A DNA stretch of 64,000 bases from the human T2T-CHM13v2.0 reference genome, Homo sapiens, in assembly GCF_009914755.1 (NCBI RefSeq), contig NC_060948.1. One strand, written 5' to 3'. Numbering within the stretch: position 1 is the stretch's first letter; the number at the start of each line of letters is the position of its first letter. A model generated the notes under the pieces. It made no database searches. It worked only from the letters and a program-made list of their open reading frames with translations, and was not told the DNA's origin. This document shows, piece after piece, positions 48,013 to 62,216 of the stretch. The position numbers were made by a program, and so were the translations under genes.

Positions 48013-51000
48013 ATGAAATGGAATGGAATTGAATGGAAAGTAATGCAATGGAATAGGATGGAACAAAATTTCACGGAATGGAATCAAATCAATGGAATAT
48101 AATCAAATGGAATGGAAAGGAATTGAATGGAGTAGATTGGATTGGATGGGATTGGAATGAAATGTACTGGAAAGGACTCGAATTTCATGAAACGGAATGG
48201 AATGAATTGGAACGGAATGGACTCGAATGGAATGGAATGTCATGGAATGGCATCAAATGGAATGGCATCAAATGGAATGGAATCGAATGCAATGGAATGC
48301 TATGGAATGGAATGGAATGCATTGGAATGGAATGTCCTCTAATGGAATGGATTCGAGTGGAATGGAATCGAATATAATGGAGTCGAATGAAATGGAATTG
48401 AAATGAATGGGATCAAAATGAATGGAATATACTGGAATGTAATGTAATGAACTCGAATGTAATTGACTGGAATGGAATGTACATGAATGGAATGTAATCG
48501 AATGGAAAGTAATCCAATGGAATAGAATCTAATGCAATAAAATCGACTCAGATAGAGTAGAATGGAATGGAATGGAGTGCAGTGCAATGGAATGGAATGG
48601 AATGGAATGCAATGGAATGGAATGGAGTGGAATGGAATGGAATGGGATGGAATGGTATGGAATGGATAGTAATGGACTGGAGTGAAATGGACTGGAAAGG
48701 AATGGACTCAAATTGAAAGGGCTCGAAAGGAATGGAGTCAAATGGAATGGTCTGGAATGGAATGAACACGAATGTAATGCAATCCAATAGAATGGAATCG
48801 AATGGCATGGAATATAAACAAATGGAATCGAAGAGAATGGAAACAAATGGAATGGAAACAAATGGAATGGAATTGAATGGAATGGGAACGAATGGAGTGA
48901 AATTGTATGCAGTAGAAGAGAATAGAATGGAATGCAAGCGAAAGGAAAGGAATGGATTGGAATGGAATGGAATTCATTGGAATGGAAGGGAATGTAGTGT
49001 AATGGACAGGCCTGGAATAAAGTGGAATGCTACGGTCTCGAATGGAATAAAAATGTATGGAATGGAATGCAATGAAACGGAATCGAATGTCATAGAATGT
49101 AATGGAATGCAAAAAAATGGAATCCAAAAACATTGACTGGAAAGGCTGGGTGTCGAAAGGAATTGACTCCAATGGAATGGAATCGAATGGAATGGAAGTG
49201 AATAGAATGGAACTAAATCGAATGGAATGGAATTGATAGGAACGGAATGGAAAGGAATGCAATGATTTGGCATGGAATGGAATCGAATGGCATCGAATGG
49301 AATGGAATGGAATGCAATGGAATGGAATGTATTAGAATGTAATGAACTTTAATGGAATGTACTCGAATGGATTCGACTGGAATGGAATGTTCTGGAAGTG
49401 AATGCACTCCAATGGAATGGATTCGAAAGGAATGGAATCGAACGGAATGGAATCTAATGGAATGGAATTAAATGGAAATGAATCAAATTGAATAGCACGG
49501 AATTGAATTGAATGGAATGGAATGCAATGGAATCTAATGAAACGGAAAGGAAAGGAATGGAATGGAATGGAGTGGGCTGGAATGGAAAGGAATCGAAACG
49601 AATGGAATGGAATCGAACTGAAGAGACTGGAATGGAATGCACTGGAATGGAAGGGAGTGTAATGGAAGGTTCTCGAAAAAAATGGAATCGAATGGAATGG
49701 AATTGAATGGAACGGAATAGAGTCGAATGGAATTGAATGGAATGGAATGGACTAGAGTGAAATGGAATCGAACCACAAGGAATGGACAAGAATAGAATGG
49801 TCTCGTATTGAATGGAATCGTATGGAATGGCATCAAACGGAATGGAATGGACAGCCACGGAATGGAATGCACTCGAATGCAATGGAGTCGAAACTAATGG
49901 ACTGGAATAGAATGGACTCGACTGGTACGGACTCCAATGGAATGGAATCGAATGGAAGGGAATCGAACGCAATGGACTCGAAGGGAAAAGAGTGCAATGG
50001 AAAGGTCTCGAATGGAATGGAAATTAATGGAATGGAATGGAATCGAATGAAATGGAGTCAAAAGGAATGGAATCGAATGGCAAGAAATCGAATGGAATGG
50101 AATCGCAAGGAATTGATGTGAACGGAACGGAATGGAATGGAATCCAAAGGAATGGAATAGAATGGAATGGAATCGAATGGAAAGGACTCGAATGGAAATC
50201 ACTCGAATAGAATGCAATTTAATAAAATAGGATCAAATGTAATGGAATGGAATGGAAAGGAATCGAAACGAAAGGAATGGAGACAGATGGAATGGAATGG
50301 AACAGAGAGCAATGGTATAGAATGGAATGGAATCATCTGGAATGGAATTGAATGGAATGGAATAATATGAAATGGAATGGAATGGAATGGAATGCCCTTG
50401 AATTAAATGGACTGGAATGGAATGGACTCGAACAGAGTGGAATGGAAAGTGTTGAGATAGAATGGAATGGACTCCTTTGGAATGGTCTAGTATGCAATGC
50501 AATCGACTGGCAGGGAGTCAAAAGGAATGTAATCGAATGGATTGGACTGGAATGCAATGGACTCGAATAGATTGGAAACGGAATGCCAAGGAATGGAATG
50601 GAATAGTATGGAATGGAATGGAAAGGAATGGAGTGGAATAGACTAGAGTGGAATGGAATGGACTGGAAAGCAATGGACTGGAATGGAACTTTCTTGAATG
50701 GACTGGAATCAAACGGAATGGAATGCAATGCAATCAAATGGCATGGAATAAAATAGAATGAAAGAGAATCAAATGGAATTGAATCGAATGGAATCGAATG
50801 GATTGGAAAGGAATAGAATGGAATGGAATGGAATTGACTCAAATGGAATGGACTAGAATGGAATGGATTCGAATGGAAGGCAAACGAATGGAATCTATTG
50901 GAATGGACTGTAATGGAATGGAATGGAAGGGATTGGAATGGACTCGAATGGAATGGACTGCAATAGAAAGGATTCGAATGGAATGAAAAAGAATTGAATG

Positions 51001-51546
51001 GAATAGAACAGAATGGAATCAAATCGAATGAAATGGAATGGAATAGAAAGGAATGGAATGAAATGGAATGGAAAGGATTCGAATGGAATGCAATCGAATG
51101 GAATGGAATCGAACGGAATGGAATAAAATGGAAGAAAACTGGCAAGAAATGGAATCGAAAGGAATGGAGTGTTATGGAACGGACTCAAAAGGAATTGAAT
51201 GTAATAGAATGGAGTGGAGTGGACTCGAATATAATGGACTGGAATGGAATGAAATCACATGGAATGGGAACGAATGGAATGGAATGGAAAGGAATGGAAT
51301 CGAATGGAAAGGAATCGAATGGAAGGGAATGAAATTGAATCAACAGGAATGGAAGGGAATAGAATAGACGGTAATGGAATGGACTCGAATAGAATGGACA
51401 CGAATTCTCAAATTGAATGGACTCGAATGGAATGGAAACGAAAGGAATGTCATCGAATGGAATTGAATCGATTGGAATAAAATCGCATAGAATGGAGTGG
51501 AATCAAATGGAATTGAATCGAAAGGAAAGGAAGCGAATGGACTGAA
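48013..51546 (+). repeat. DYZ1 monomer U4 (3534 bp; 15-bp deletion)
   Basis: The landmark recurs at 51547; CTGAATGGAATCAAA is missing near 48088. Confidence 0.93.
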
Positions 51547-54500
51547 ATGAAATGGAATGGAATTGAATGGAAAGTAATGCAATGGAATAGAATGGAAGGA
51601 AATTTCACGGAATGGAATCAAACTGAATGGAATCAAATGAATGGAATCTAATCAAATGGAATGGAAAGAATTGAATGGAGTAGATTGGATTGGATGGGAT
51701 TGGAATGAAATGTACTGGAAAGGACTCGAATTTCATGAAACGGAATGGAATGAATTGGAACGGAATGGACTCGAATGGAATGGAATGTCATGGAATGGCA
51801 TCAAATGGAATGGCATCAAATGGAATGGAATCGAATGCAATGGAATGCTATAGAATGGAATGGAATGCATTGGAATGGAATGTCCTCTAATGGAATGGAT
51901 TCGAGTGGAATGGAATCGAATATAATGGAGTCGAATGAAATGGAATTGAAAGGAATGGGATCGAATAGAATGGAATATACTGGAATGTAATGTAATGAAC
52001 TCGAATGTAATTGACTGGAATGGAATGTACATGAATGGAATGTAATCGAATGGAAAGTAATCCAATGGAATAGAATCTAATGCAATAAAATCGACTCAGA
52101 TAGAGTAGAATGGAATGGAATGGAGTGCAGTGCAATGGAATGGAATGGAATGGAATGCAATGGAATGGAATGGAATGGAATGGAATGGAATGGAATGGGA
52201 TGGAATGGTATGGAATGGATATTAATGGACTGGAGTGAAATGGACTGGAAAGGAATGGACTCAAATTGAAAGGGCTCGAAAGGAATGGAGTCCAATGGAA
52301 TGGTCTGGAATGGAATGAACACGAATGTAATGCAATCCAATAGAATGGAATCGAATGGCATGGAATATAAAGAAATGGAATCGAAGAGAATGGAAACAAA
52401 TGGAATGGAATTGAATGGAATGGAATTGAATGGAATGGGAACGAATGGAGTGAAATTGTATGCAGTAGAAGAGAATAGAATGGAATGCAAGCGAAAGGAA
52501 AGGAATGGATTGGAATGGAATGGAATTCATTGGAATGGAAGGGAATGTAGTGTAATGGACAGGCCTGGAATAAAGTGGAATGCTACGGTCTCGAATGGAA
52601 TAAAAATGTATGGAATGGAATGCAATGAAACGGAATCGAATGTCATAGAATGTAATGGAATGCAAAAAAATTGAATCCAAAAACATTGACTGGAAAGGCT
52701 GGGTGTCGAAAGGAATTGACTCCAATGGAATGGAATCGAATGGAATGGAAGTGAATAGAATGGAACTAAATCGAATGGAATGGAATTGATAGGAACGGAA
52801 TGGAAAGGAATGCAATGATTTGGCATGGAATGGAATCGAATGGCATCGAATTGAATGGAATGGAATGCAATGGAATGGAATGTATTAGAATGTAATGAAC
52901 TTTAATGGAATGTACTCGAATGGATTCGACTGGAATGGAATGTTCTGGAAGTGAATGGACTCCAATGGAATGGATTCGAAAGGAATGGAATCGAACGGAA
53001 TGGAATCTAATGGAATGGAATTAAATGGAAATGAATCAAATTGAATAGCACGGAATTGAATTGAATGGAATGGAATGCAATGGAATCTAATGAAACGGAA
53101 AGGAAAGGAATGGAATGGAATGGAATGGGCTGGAATGGAAAGGAATCGAAACGAATGGAATGGAATCGAACTGAAGAGACTGGAATGGAATGCACTGGAA
53201 TGGAAGGGAGTGTAATGGAAGGTTCTCGAAAAAAATGGAATCGAATGGAATGGAATTGAATGGAACGGAATAGAGTCGAATGGAATTGAATGGAATGGAA
53301 TGGACTAGAGTGAAATGGAATCGAACCACAAGGAATGGACAGGAATAGAATGGTCTCGAATTGAATGGAATCGTATGGAATGGCATCAAACGGAATGGAA
53401 TGGACAGCCACGGAATGGAATGCACTCGAATGCAATGGAGTCGAAACTAATGGACTGGAATAGAATGGACTCGACTGGTACGGACTCCAATGGAATGGAA
53501 TCGAATGGAAGGGAATCGAACGCAATGGACTCGAAGGGAAAAGACTGCAATGGAAAGGTCTCGAATGGAATGGAAATTAATGGAATGGAATGGAATTGAA
53601 TGAAATGGAGTCAAAAGGAATGGAATCGAATGGCAAGAAATCGAATGTAATGGAATCGCAAGGAATTGATGTGAACGGAACGGAATGGAATGGAATCCAA
53701 AGGAATGGAATAGAATGGAATGGAATCGAATGGAAAGGACTCGAATGGAAATCACTCGAATAGAATGCAATTTAATAAAATAGGATCAAATGTAATGGAA
53801 TGGAATGGAAAGGAATCGAAACGAAAGGAATGGAGACAGATGGAATGGAATGGAACAGAGAGCAATGGTATAGAATGGAATGGAATCATCTGGAATGGAA
53901 TTGAATGGAATGGAATAATATGAAATGGAATGGAATGGAATGGAATGCCCTTGAATTAAATGGACTGGAATGGAATGGACTCGAACAGAGTGGAATGGAA
54001 AGTGTTGAGACAGAATGGAATGGACTCCTTTGGAATGGTCTAGTATGCAATGCAATCGACTGTCAGGGAGTCAAAAGGAATGTAATCGAATGGATTGGAC
54101 TGGAATGCAATAGACTCGAATAGATTGGAAACGGAATGCAAAGGAATGGAATGGAATAGTATGGAATGGAATGGAAAGGAATGGAGTGGAATAGACTAGA
54201 GTGGAATGGAATGGACTGGAAAGCAATGGACTGGAATGGAACTTTCTTGAATGGACTGGAATCAAACGGAATGGAATGCAATGCAATCAAATGGCATGGA
54301 ATAAAATAGAATGAAAGAGAATCAAATGGAATTGAATCGAATGGAATCGAATGGATTGGAAAGGAATAGAATGGAATGGAATGGAATTGACTCAAATGGA
54401 ATGGACTAGAATGGAATGGATTCGAATGGAAGGCAAAGGAATGGAATCTATTGGAATGGACTGTAATGGAATGGAATGGAAGGGATTGGAATGGACTCAA

Positions 54501-55099
54501 ATGGAATGGACTGCAATAGAAAGGATTCGAATGGAATGAAAAAGAATTGAATGGAATAGAACAGAATGGAATCAAATCGAATGAAATGGAATGGAATAGA
54601 AAGGAATGGAATGAAATGGAATGGAAAGGATTCGAATGGAATGCAATCGAATGGAATGGAATCGAACGGAATGGAATAAAATGGAAGAAAACTGGCAAGA
54701 AATGGAATCGAAATGAATGGAGTGTTATGGAACGGACTCAAAAGGAATTGAATGTAATAGAATGGAGTGGAGTGGACTCGAATATAATGGACTGGAATGG
54801 AATGAAATCTCATGGAATGGGAACGAATGGAATGGAATGGAAAGGAATGGAATCGAATGGAAAGGAATCGAATGGAAGGGAATGAAATTGAATCAACAGG
54901 AATGGAAGGGAATAGAATAGACGGTAATGGAATGGACTCGAATAGAATGGACACGAATGCTCAAATTGAATGGACTCGAATGGAATGGAAACGAAAGGAA
55001 TGTCATCGAATGGAATTGAATCGATTGGAATGAAATCGCATAGAATGGAGTGGAATCAAATGGAATTGAATCGAAAGGAAAGGAAGCGAATGGACTGAA
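51547..55099 (+). repeat. DYZ1 monomer U5 (3553 bp; -1 and +5 indels)
   Basis: The landmark recurs at 55100; there is a 1-nt loss near 51668 and one extra GGAAT near 52190. Confidence 0.93.
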
Positions 55100-58000
55100 A
55101 TGAAATGGAATGGAATTGAATGGAAAGTAATGCAATGGAATAGAATGGAACGAAATTTCACGGAATGGAATCAAACTGAATGGAATCAAATCAATGGAAT
55201 CTAATCAAATGGAATGGAAAGGAATTGAATGGAGTAGATTGGATTGGATGGGATTGGAATGAAATGTACTGGAAAGGACTCGAATTTCATGAAACGGAAT
55301 GGAATGAATTGGAACGGAATGGACTCGAATGGAATGGGATGTCATGGAATGGCATCAAATGGAATGGCATCAAATGGAATGGAATCGAATGCAATGGAAT
55401 GCTATGGAATGGAATGGAATGCATTGGAATGGAATGTCCTCTAATGGAATGGATTCGAGTGGAATGGAATCGAATATAATGGAGTCGAATGAAATGGAAT
55501 TGAAAGGAATGGGATCGAATAGAATGGAATATACTGGAATGTAATGTAATGAACTCGAATGTAATTGACTGGAATGGAATGTACATGAATGGAATGTAAT
55601 CGAATGGAAAGTAATCCAATGGAATAGAATCTAATGCAATAAAATCGACTCAGATAGAGTAGAATGGAATGGAATGGAGTGCAGTGCAATGGAATGGAAT
55701 GGAATGGAATGCAATGGAATGGAATGGAGTGGAATGGAATGGAATGGGATGGAATTGTATGGAATGGATAGTAATGGACTGGAGTGAAATGGACTGGAAA
55801 GGAATGGACTCAAATTGAAAGGGCTCGAAAGGAATGGAGTCAAATGGAATGGTCTGGAATGGAATGAACACGAATGTAATGCAATCCAATAGAATGGAAT
55901 CGAATGGCATGGAATATAAAGAAATGGAATCGAAGAGAATGGAAACAAATGGAATGGAATTGAATGGAATGGAATTGAATGGAATGGGAACGAATGGAGT
56001 GAAATTGTATGCAGTAGAAGAGAATAGAATGGAATGCAAGCGAAAGGAAAGGAATGGATTCGAATGGAATGGAATTCATTGGAATGGAAGGGAATGTAGT
56101 GTAAAGGACAGGCCTGGAATAAAGTGGAATGCTACGGTCTCGAATGGAATAAAAATGTATGGAATGGAATGCAATGAAACGGAATCGAATGTCATAGAAT
56201 GTAATGGAATGCAAAAAAATGGAATCCAAAAACATTGACTGGAAAGGCTGGGTGTCGAAAGGAATTGACTCCAATGGAATGGAATCGAATGGAATGGAAG
56301 TGAATAGAATGGAACTAAATAGAATGGAATGGAATTGATAGGAACGGAATGAAAAGGAATGCAATGATTTGGCATGGAATGGAATCGAATGGCATCGAAT
56401 GGAATGGAATGGAATGCAATGGAATGGAATGTATTAGAATGTAATGAACTTTAATGGAATGTACTCGAATGGATTCGACTGGAATGGAATGTTCTGGAAG
56501 TGAATGGACTCCAATGGAATGGATTCGAAAGGAATGGAATCGAACGGAATGGAATCTAATGGAATGGAATTAAATGGAAATGAATCAAATTGAATAGCAC
56601 GGAATTGAATTGAATGGAATCGAATGCAATGGAATCTAATGAAATGGAAAGGAAAGGAATGGAATGGAATGGAATGGGCTGGAATGGAATGGAATCGAAA
56701 CGAATGGAATGGAATCGAACTGAAGAGACTGGAATGGAATGCACTGGAATGGAAGGGAGTGTAATGGAAGGTTCTCGAAAAAAATGGAATCGAATGGAAT
56801 GGAATTGAATGGAACGGAATAGAGTCGAATGGAATTGAATGGAATGGAATGGACTAGAGTGAAATGGAATCGAACCACAAGGAATGGACAGGAATAGAAT
56901 GGTCTCGAATTGAATGGAATCGTAAGGAATGGCATCAAACGGAATGGAATGGACAGCCACGGAATGGAATGCACTCGAATGCAATGGAGTCGAAACTAAT
57001 GGACTGGAATAGAATGGACTCGACTGGTACGGACTCCAATGGAATGGAATCGAAAGGAAGGGAATCGAACGGAATGGACTCGAACGGAAAAGACTGCAAT
57101 GGAAAGGTCTCGAATGGAATGGAAATTAATGGAATGGAATGGAATTGAATGAAATGGAGTCAAAAGGAATGGAATCGAATGGCAAGAAATCGAATGTAAT
57201 GGAATCGCAAGGAATTGATGTGAACGGAACGGAATGGAATGGAATCCAAAGGAATGGAATAGAATGGAATGGAATCGAATGGAAAGGACTCGAATGGAAA
57301 TCACTCGAATAGAATGCAATTTAATAAAATAGGATCAAATGTAATGGAATGGAATGGAAAGGAATCGAAACGAAAGGAATGGAGACAGATGGAATGGAAT
57401 GGAACAGAGAGCAATGGTATAGAATGGAATGGAATCATCTGGAATGGAATTGAATGGAATGGAATAATATGAAATGGAATGGAATGGAATGGAATGCCCT
57501 TGAATTAAATGGACTGGAATGGAATGGACTCGAACAGAGTGGAATGGAAAGTGTTGAGATAGAATGGAATGGACTCCTTTGGAATGGTCTAGTATGCAAT
57601 GCAATCGACTGGCAGGGAGTCAAAAGGAATGTAATCGAATGGATTGGACTGGAATGCAATGGACTCGAATAGATTGGAAACGGAATGCAAAGGAATGGAA
57701 TGGAATAGTATGGAATGGAATGGAAAGGAATGGAGTGGAATAGACTAGAGTGGAATGGAATGGACTGGAAAGCAATGGACTGGAATGGAACTTTCTTGAA
57801 TGGACTGGAATCAAACGCAATGGAATGCAATGCAATCAAATGGCATGGAATAAAATAGAATGAAAGAGAATCAAATGGATTTGAATCGAATGGAATCGAA
57901 TGGACTGGAAAGGAATAGAATGGAATGGAATGGAATTGACTCAAATGGAATGGACTAGAGTGGAATGGATTCGAATGGAAGGGAAAGGAATGGAATCTAT

Positions 58001-58648
58001 TGGAATGGACTGTAATGGAATGGAATGGAAGGGATTGGAATGGACTCGAATGGAATGGACTGCAATAGAAAGGATTCGAATGGAATGAAAAAGAATTGAA
58101 TGGAATAGAACAGAATGGAATGAAATCGAATGAAATGGAATGGAATAGAAAGGAATGGAATGAAATGGAATGGAAAGGATTCGAATGGAATGCAATCGAA
58201 TGGAATGGAATCGAACGGAATGGAATAAAATGGAAGAAAACTGGCAAGAAATGGAATCGAAATGAATGGAGTGTTATGGAACGGACTCAAAAGGAATTGA
58301 ATGTAATAGAATGGAGTGGAGTGGACTCGAATATAATGGACTGGAATGGAATGAAATCACATGGAATGGGAACGAATGGAATGGAATGGAAAGGAATGGA
58401 ATCGAATGGAAAGGAATCGAATGGAAGGGAATGAAATTGAATCAACAGGAATGGAAGGGAATAGAATAGACGGTAATGGAATGGACTCGAATAGAATGGA
58501 CACGAATGCTCAAATTGAATGGACTCGAATGGAATGGAAACGAAAGGAATGTCATCGAATGGAATTGAATCGATTGGAATGAAATCGCATAGAATGGAGT
58601 GGAATCAAATGGAATTGAATCGAAAGGAAAGGAAGCGAATGGACTGAA
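55100..58648 (+). repeat. DYZ1 monomer U6 (3549 bp)
   Basis: The landmark recurs at 58649. Confidence 0.93.
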
Positions 58649-61600
58649 ATGAAATGGAATGGAATTGAATGGAAAGTAATGCAATGGACTAGAAGGGAAC
58701 GAAATTTCACGGAATGGAATCAAACTGAATGGAATCAAATGAATGGAATCTAATCAAATGGAATGGAAAGGAATTGAATGGAGTAGATTGGATTGGATGG
58801 GATTGGAATGAAATGTACTGGAAAGGACTCGAATTTCATGAAACGGAATGGAATGAATTGGAACGGAATGGACTCGAATGGAATGGAATGTCATGGAATG
58901 GCATCAAATGGAATGGCATCAAATGGAATGGAATCGAATGCAATGGAATGCTATAGAATGGAATGGAATGCATTAGAATGGAATGTCCTCTAATGGAATG
59001 GATTCGAGTGGAATGGAATCGAATATAATGGAGTCGAATGAAATGGAATTGAAAGGAATGGGATCGAATAGAATGGAATATACTGGAATGTAATGTAATG
59101 AACTCGAATGTAATTGACTGGAATGGAATGTACATGAATGGAATGTAATCGAATGGAAAGTAATCCAATGGAATAGAATCTAATGCAATAAAATCGACTC
59201 AGATAGAGTAGAATGGAATGGAATGGAGTGCAGTGCAATGGAATGGAATGGAATGGAATGCAATGGAATGGAATGGAATGGAATGGAATGGAATGGAATG
59301 GATTGGAATGGGATGGAATGGTATGGAATGGATAGTAATGGACTGGAGTGAAATGGACTGGAAAGGAATGGACTCAAATTGAAAGGGCTCGAAAGGAATG
59401 GAGTCAAATGGAATGGTCTGGAATGGAATGAACACGAATGTAATGCAATCCAATAGAATGGAATCGAATGGCATGGAATATAAAGAAATGGAATCGAAGA
59501 GAATGGAAACAAATGGAATGGAATTGAATGGAATGGAATTGAATGGAATGGGAACGAATGGAGTGAAATTGTATGCAGTAGAAGAGAATAGAATGGAATG
59601 CAAGCGAAAGGAAAGGAATGGATTGGAATGGAATGGAATTCATTGGAATGGAAGGGAATGTAGTGTAATGGACAGGCCTGGAATAAAGTGGAATGCTACG
59701 GTCTCGAATGGAATAAAAATGTATGGAATGGAATGCAATGAAACGGAATCGAATGTCATAGAATGTAATGGAATGCAAAAAAATGGAATCCAAAAACATA
59801 GACTGGAAAGGCTGGGTGTCGAAAGGAATTGACTCCAATGGAATGGAATCGAATGGAATGGAAGTGAATAGAATCGAACTAAATCGAATGGAATGGAATT
59901 GATAGGAACGGAATGGAAAGGAATGCAATGATTTGGCATGGAATGGAATCGAATGGCATCGAATGGAATGGAATGGAATGCAATGGAATGGAATGTATTA
60001 GAATGTAATGAACTTTAATGGAATGTACTCGAATGGATTCGACTGGAATGGAATGTTCTGGAAGTGAATGGACTCCAATGGAATGGATTCGAAAGGAATG
60101 GAATCGAACGGAATGGAATCTAATGGAATGGAATTAAATGGAAATGAATCAAATTGAATAGCACGGAATTGAATTGAATGGAAACGAATGCAATGGAATC
60201 TAATGAAACGGAAAGGAAAGGAATGGAATGGAATGGAATGGGCTGGAATGGAAAGGAATCGAAACGAATGGAATGGAATCGAACTGAAGAGACTGGAATG
60301 GAATGCACTGGAATGGAAGGGAGTGTAATGGAAGGTTCTCGACAAAAATGGAATCGAATGGAATGGAATTGAATGGAACGGAATAGAGTCGAATGGAATT
60401 GAATGGAATGGAATGGACTAGAGTGAAATGGAATCGAACCACAAGGAATGGACAGGAATAGAATGGTCTCGAATTGAATGGAATCGTATGGAATGGCATC
60501 AAACGGAATGGAATGGACAGCCACGGAATGGAATGCACTCGAATGCAATGGAGTCGAAACTAATGGACTGGAATAGAATGGACTCGACTGGTACGGACTC
60601 CAATGGAATGGAATCGAATGGAAGGGAATAGAACGGAATGGAGTCGAAGGGAAAAGACTGCAATGGAAAGGTCTCGAATGGAATGGAAATTAATGGAATG
60701 GAATGGAATCGAATGAAATGGAGTCCAAAGGAATGGAATCGAATGGCAAGAAATCGAATGTAATGGAATCGCAAGGAATTGATGTGAACGGAACGGAATG
60801 GAATGGAATCCAAAGGAATGGAATAGAATGGAATGGAATCGAATGGAAAGGACTCGAATGGAAATCACTCGAATAGAATGCAATTTAATAAAATAGGATC
60901 AAATGTAATGGAATGGAATGGAAAGGAATCGAAACGAAAGGAATGGAGACAGATGGAATGGAATGGAACAGAGAGCAATGGTATAGAATGGAATGGAATC
61001 ATCTGGAATGGAACTGAATGGAATGGAATAATATGAAATGGAATGGAATGGAATGGAATGGAATGCCCTTGAATTAAATGGACTGGAATGGAATGGACTC
61101 GAACAGAGTGGAAAGGAAAGTGTTGAGATAGAATGGAATGGACTCCTTTGGAATGGTCTAGTATGCAATGCAATCGACTGGCAGGTAATCAAAAGGAATG
61201 TAATCGAATGGATTGGACTGGAATGCAATGGACTCGAATAGATTGGAAACGGAATGCAAAGGAATGGAATGGAATAGTATGGAATGGAATGGAAAGGAAT
61301 GGAGTGGAATAGACTAGAGTGGAATGGAATGGACTGGAAAGCAATGGACTGAAATGGAACTTTCTTGAATGGACTGGAATCAAACGGAATGGAATGCAAT
61401 GCAATCAAATGGCATGGAATAAAATAGAATGAAAGAGAATCAAATGGAATTGAATCGAATGGAATCGAATGGATTGGAAAGGAATAGAATGGAATGGAAT
61501 GGAATTGACTCAAATGGAATGGACTAGAATGGAATGGATTCGAATGGAAGGCAAAGGAATGGAATCTATTGGAATGGACTGTAATGGAATGGAATGGAAG

Positions 61601-62216
61601 GGATTGGAATGGACTCGAATGGAATGGACTGCAATAGAAAGGATTCGAATGGAATGAAAAAGAATTGAATGGAATAGAACAGAATGGAATGAAATCGAAT
61701 GAAATGGAATGGAATAGAAAGGAATGGAATGAAATGGAATGGAAAGGATTCGAATGGAATGCAATCGAATGGAATGGAATCGAACGGAATGGAATAAAAT
61801 GGAAGAAAACTGGCAAGAAATGGAATCGAAATGAATGGAGTGTTATGGAACGGACTCAAAAGGAATTGAATGTAATAGAATGGAGTGGAGTGGACTCGAA
61901 TATAATGGACTGCAATGGAATGAAATCACATAGAATGGGAACGAATGGAATGGAATGGAAAGGAATGGAATCGAATGGAAAGGAATCGAATGGAAGGGAA
62001 TGAAATTGAATCAACAGGAATGGAAGGGAATAGAATAGACGGTAATGGAATGGACTCGAATAGAATGGACACGAATGCTCAAATTGAATGGACTCGAATG
62101 GAATGGAAACGAAAGGAATGTCATCGAATGGAATTGAATCGATTGGAATGAAATCACAAGAATGGAGTGGAATCAAATGGAATTGAATCGAAAGGAAAGG
62201 AAGCGAATGGACTGAA
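58649..62216 (+). repeat. DYZ1 monomer U7 (3568 bp; +15, +5, -1 indels)
   Basis: The landmark recurs at 62217; extra pentamers lie near 59290 and 61050, and there is a 1-nt loss near 62159. Confidence 0.93.
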
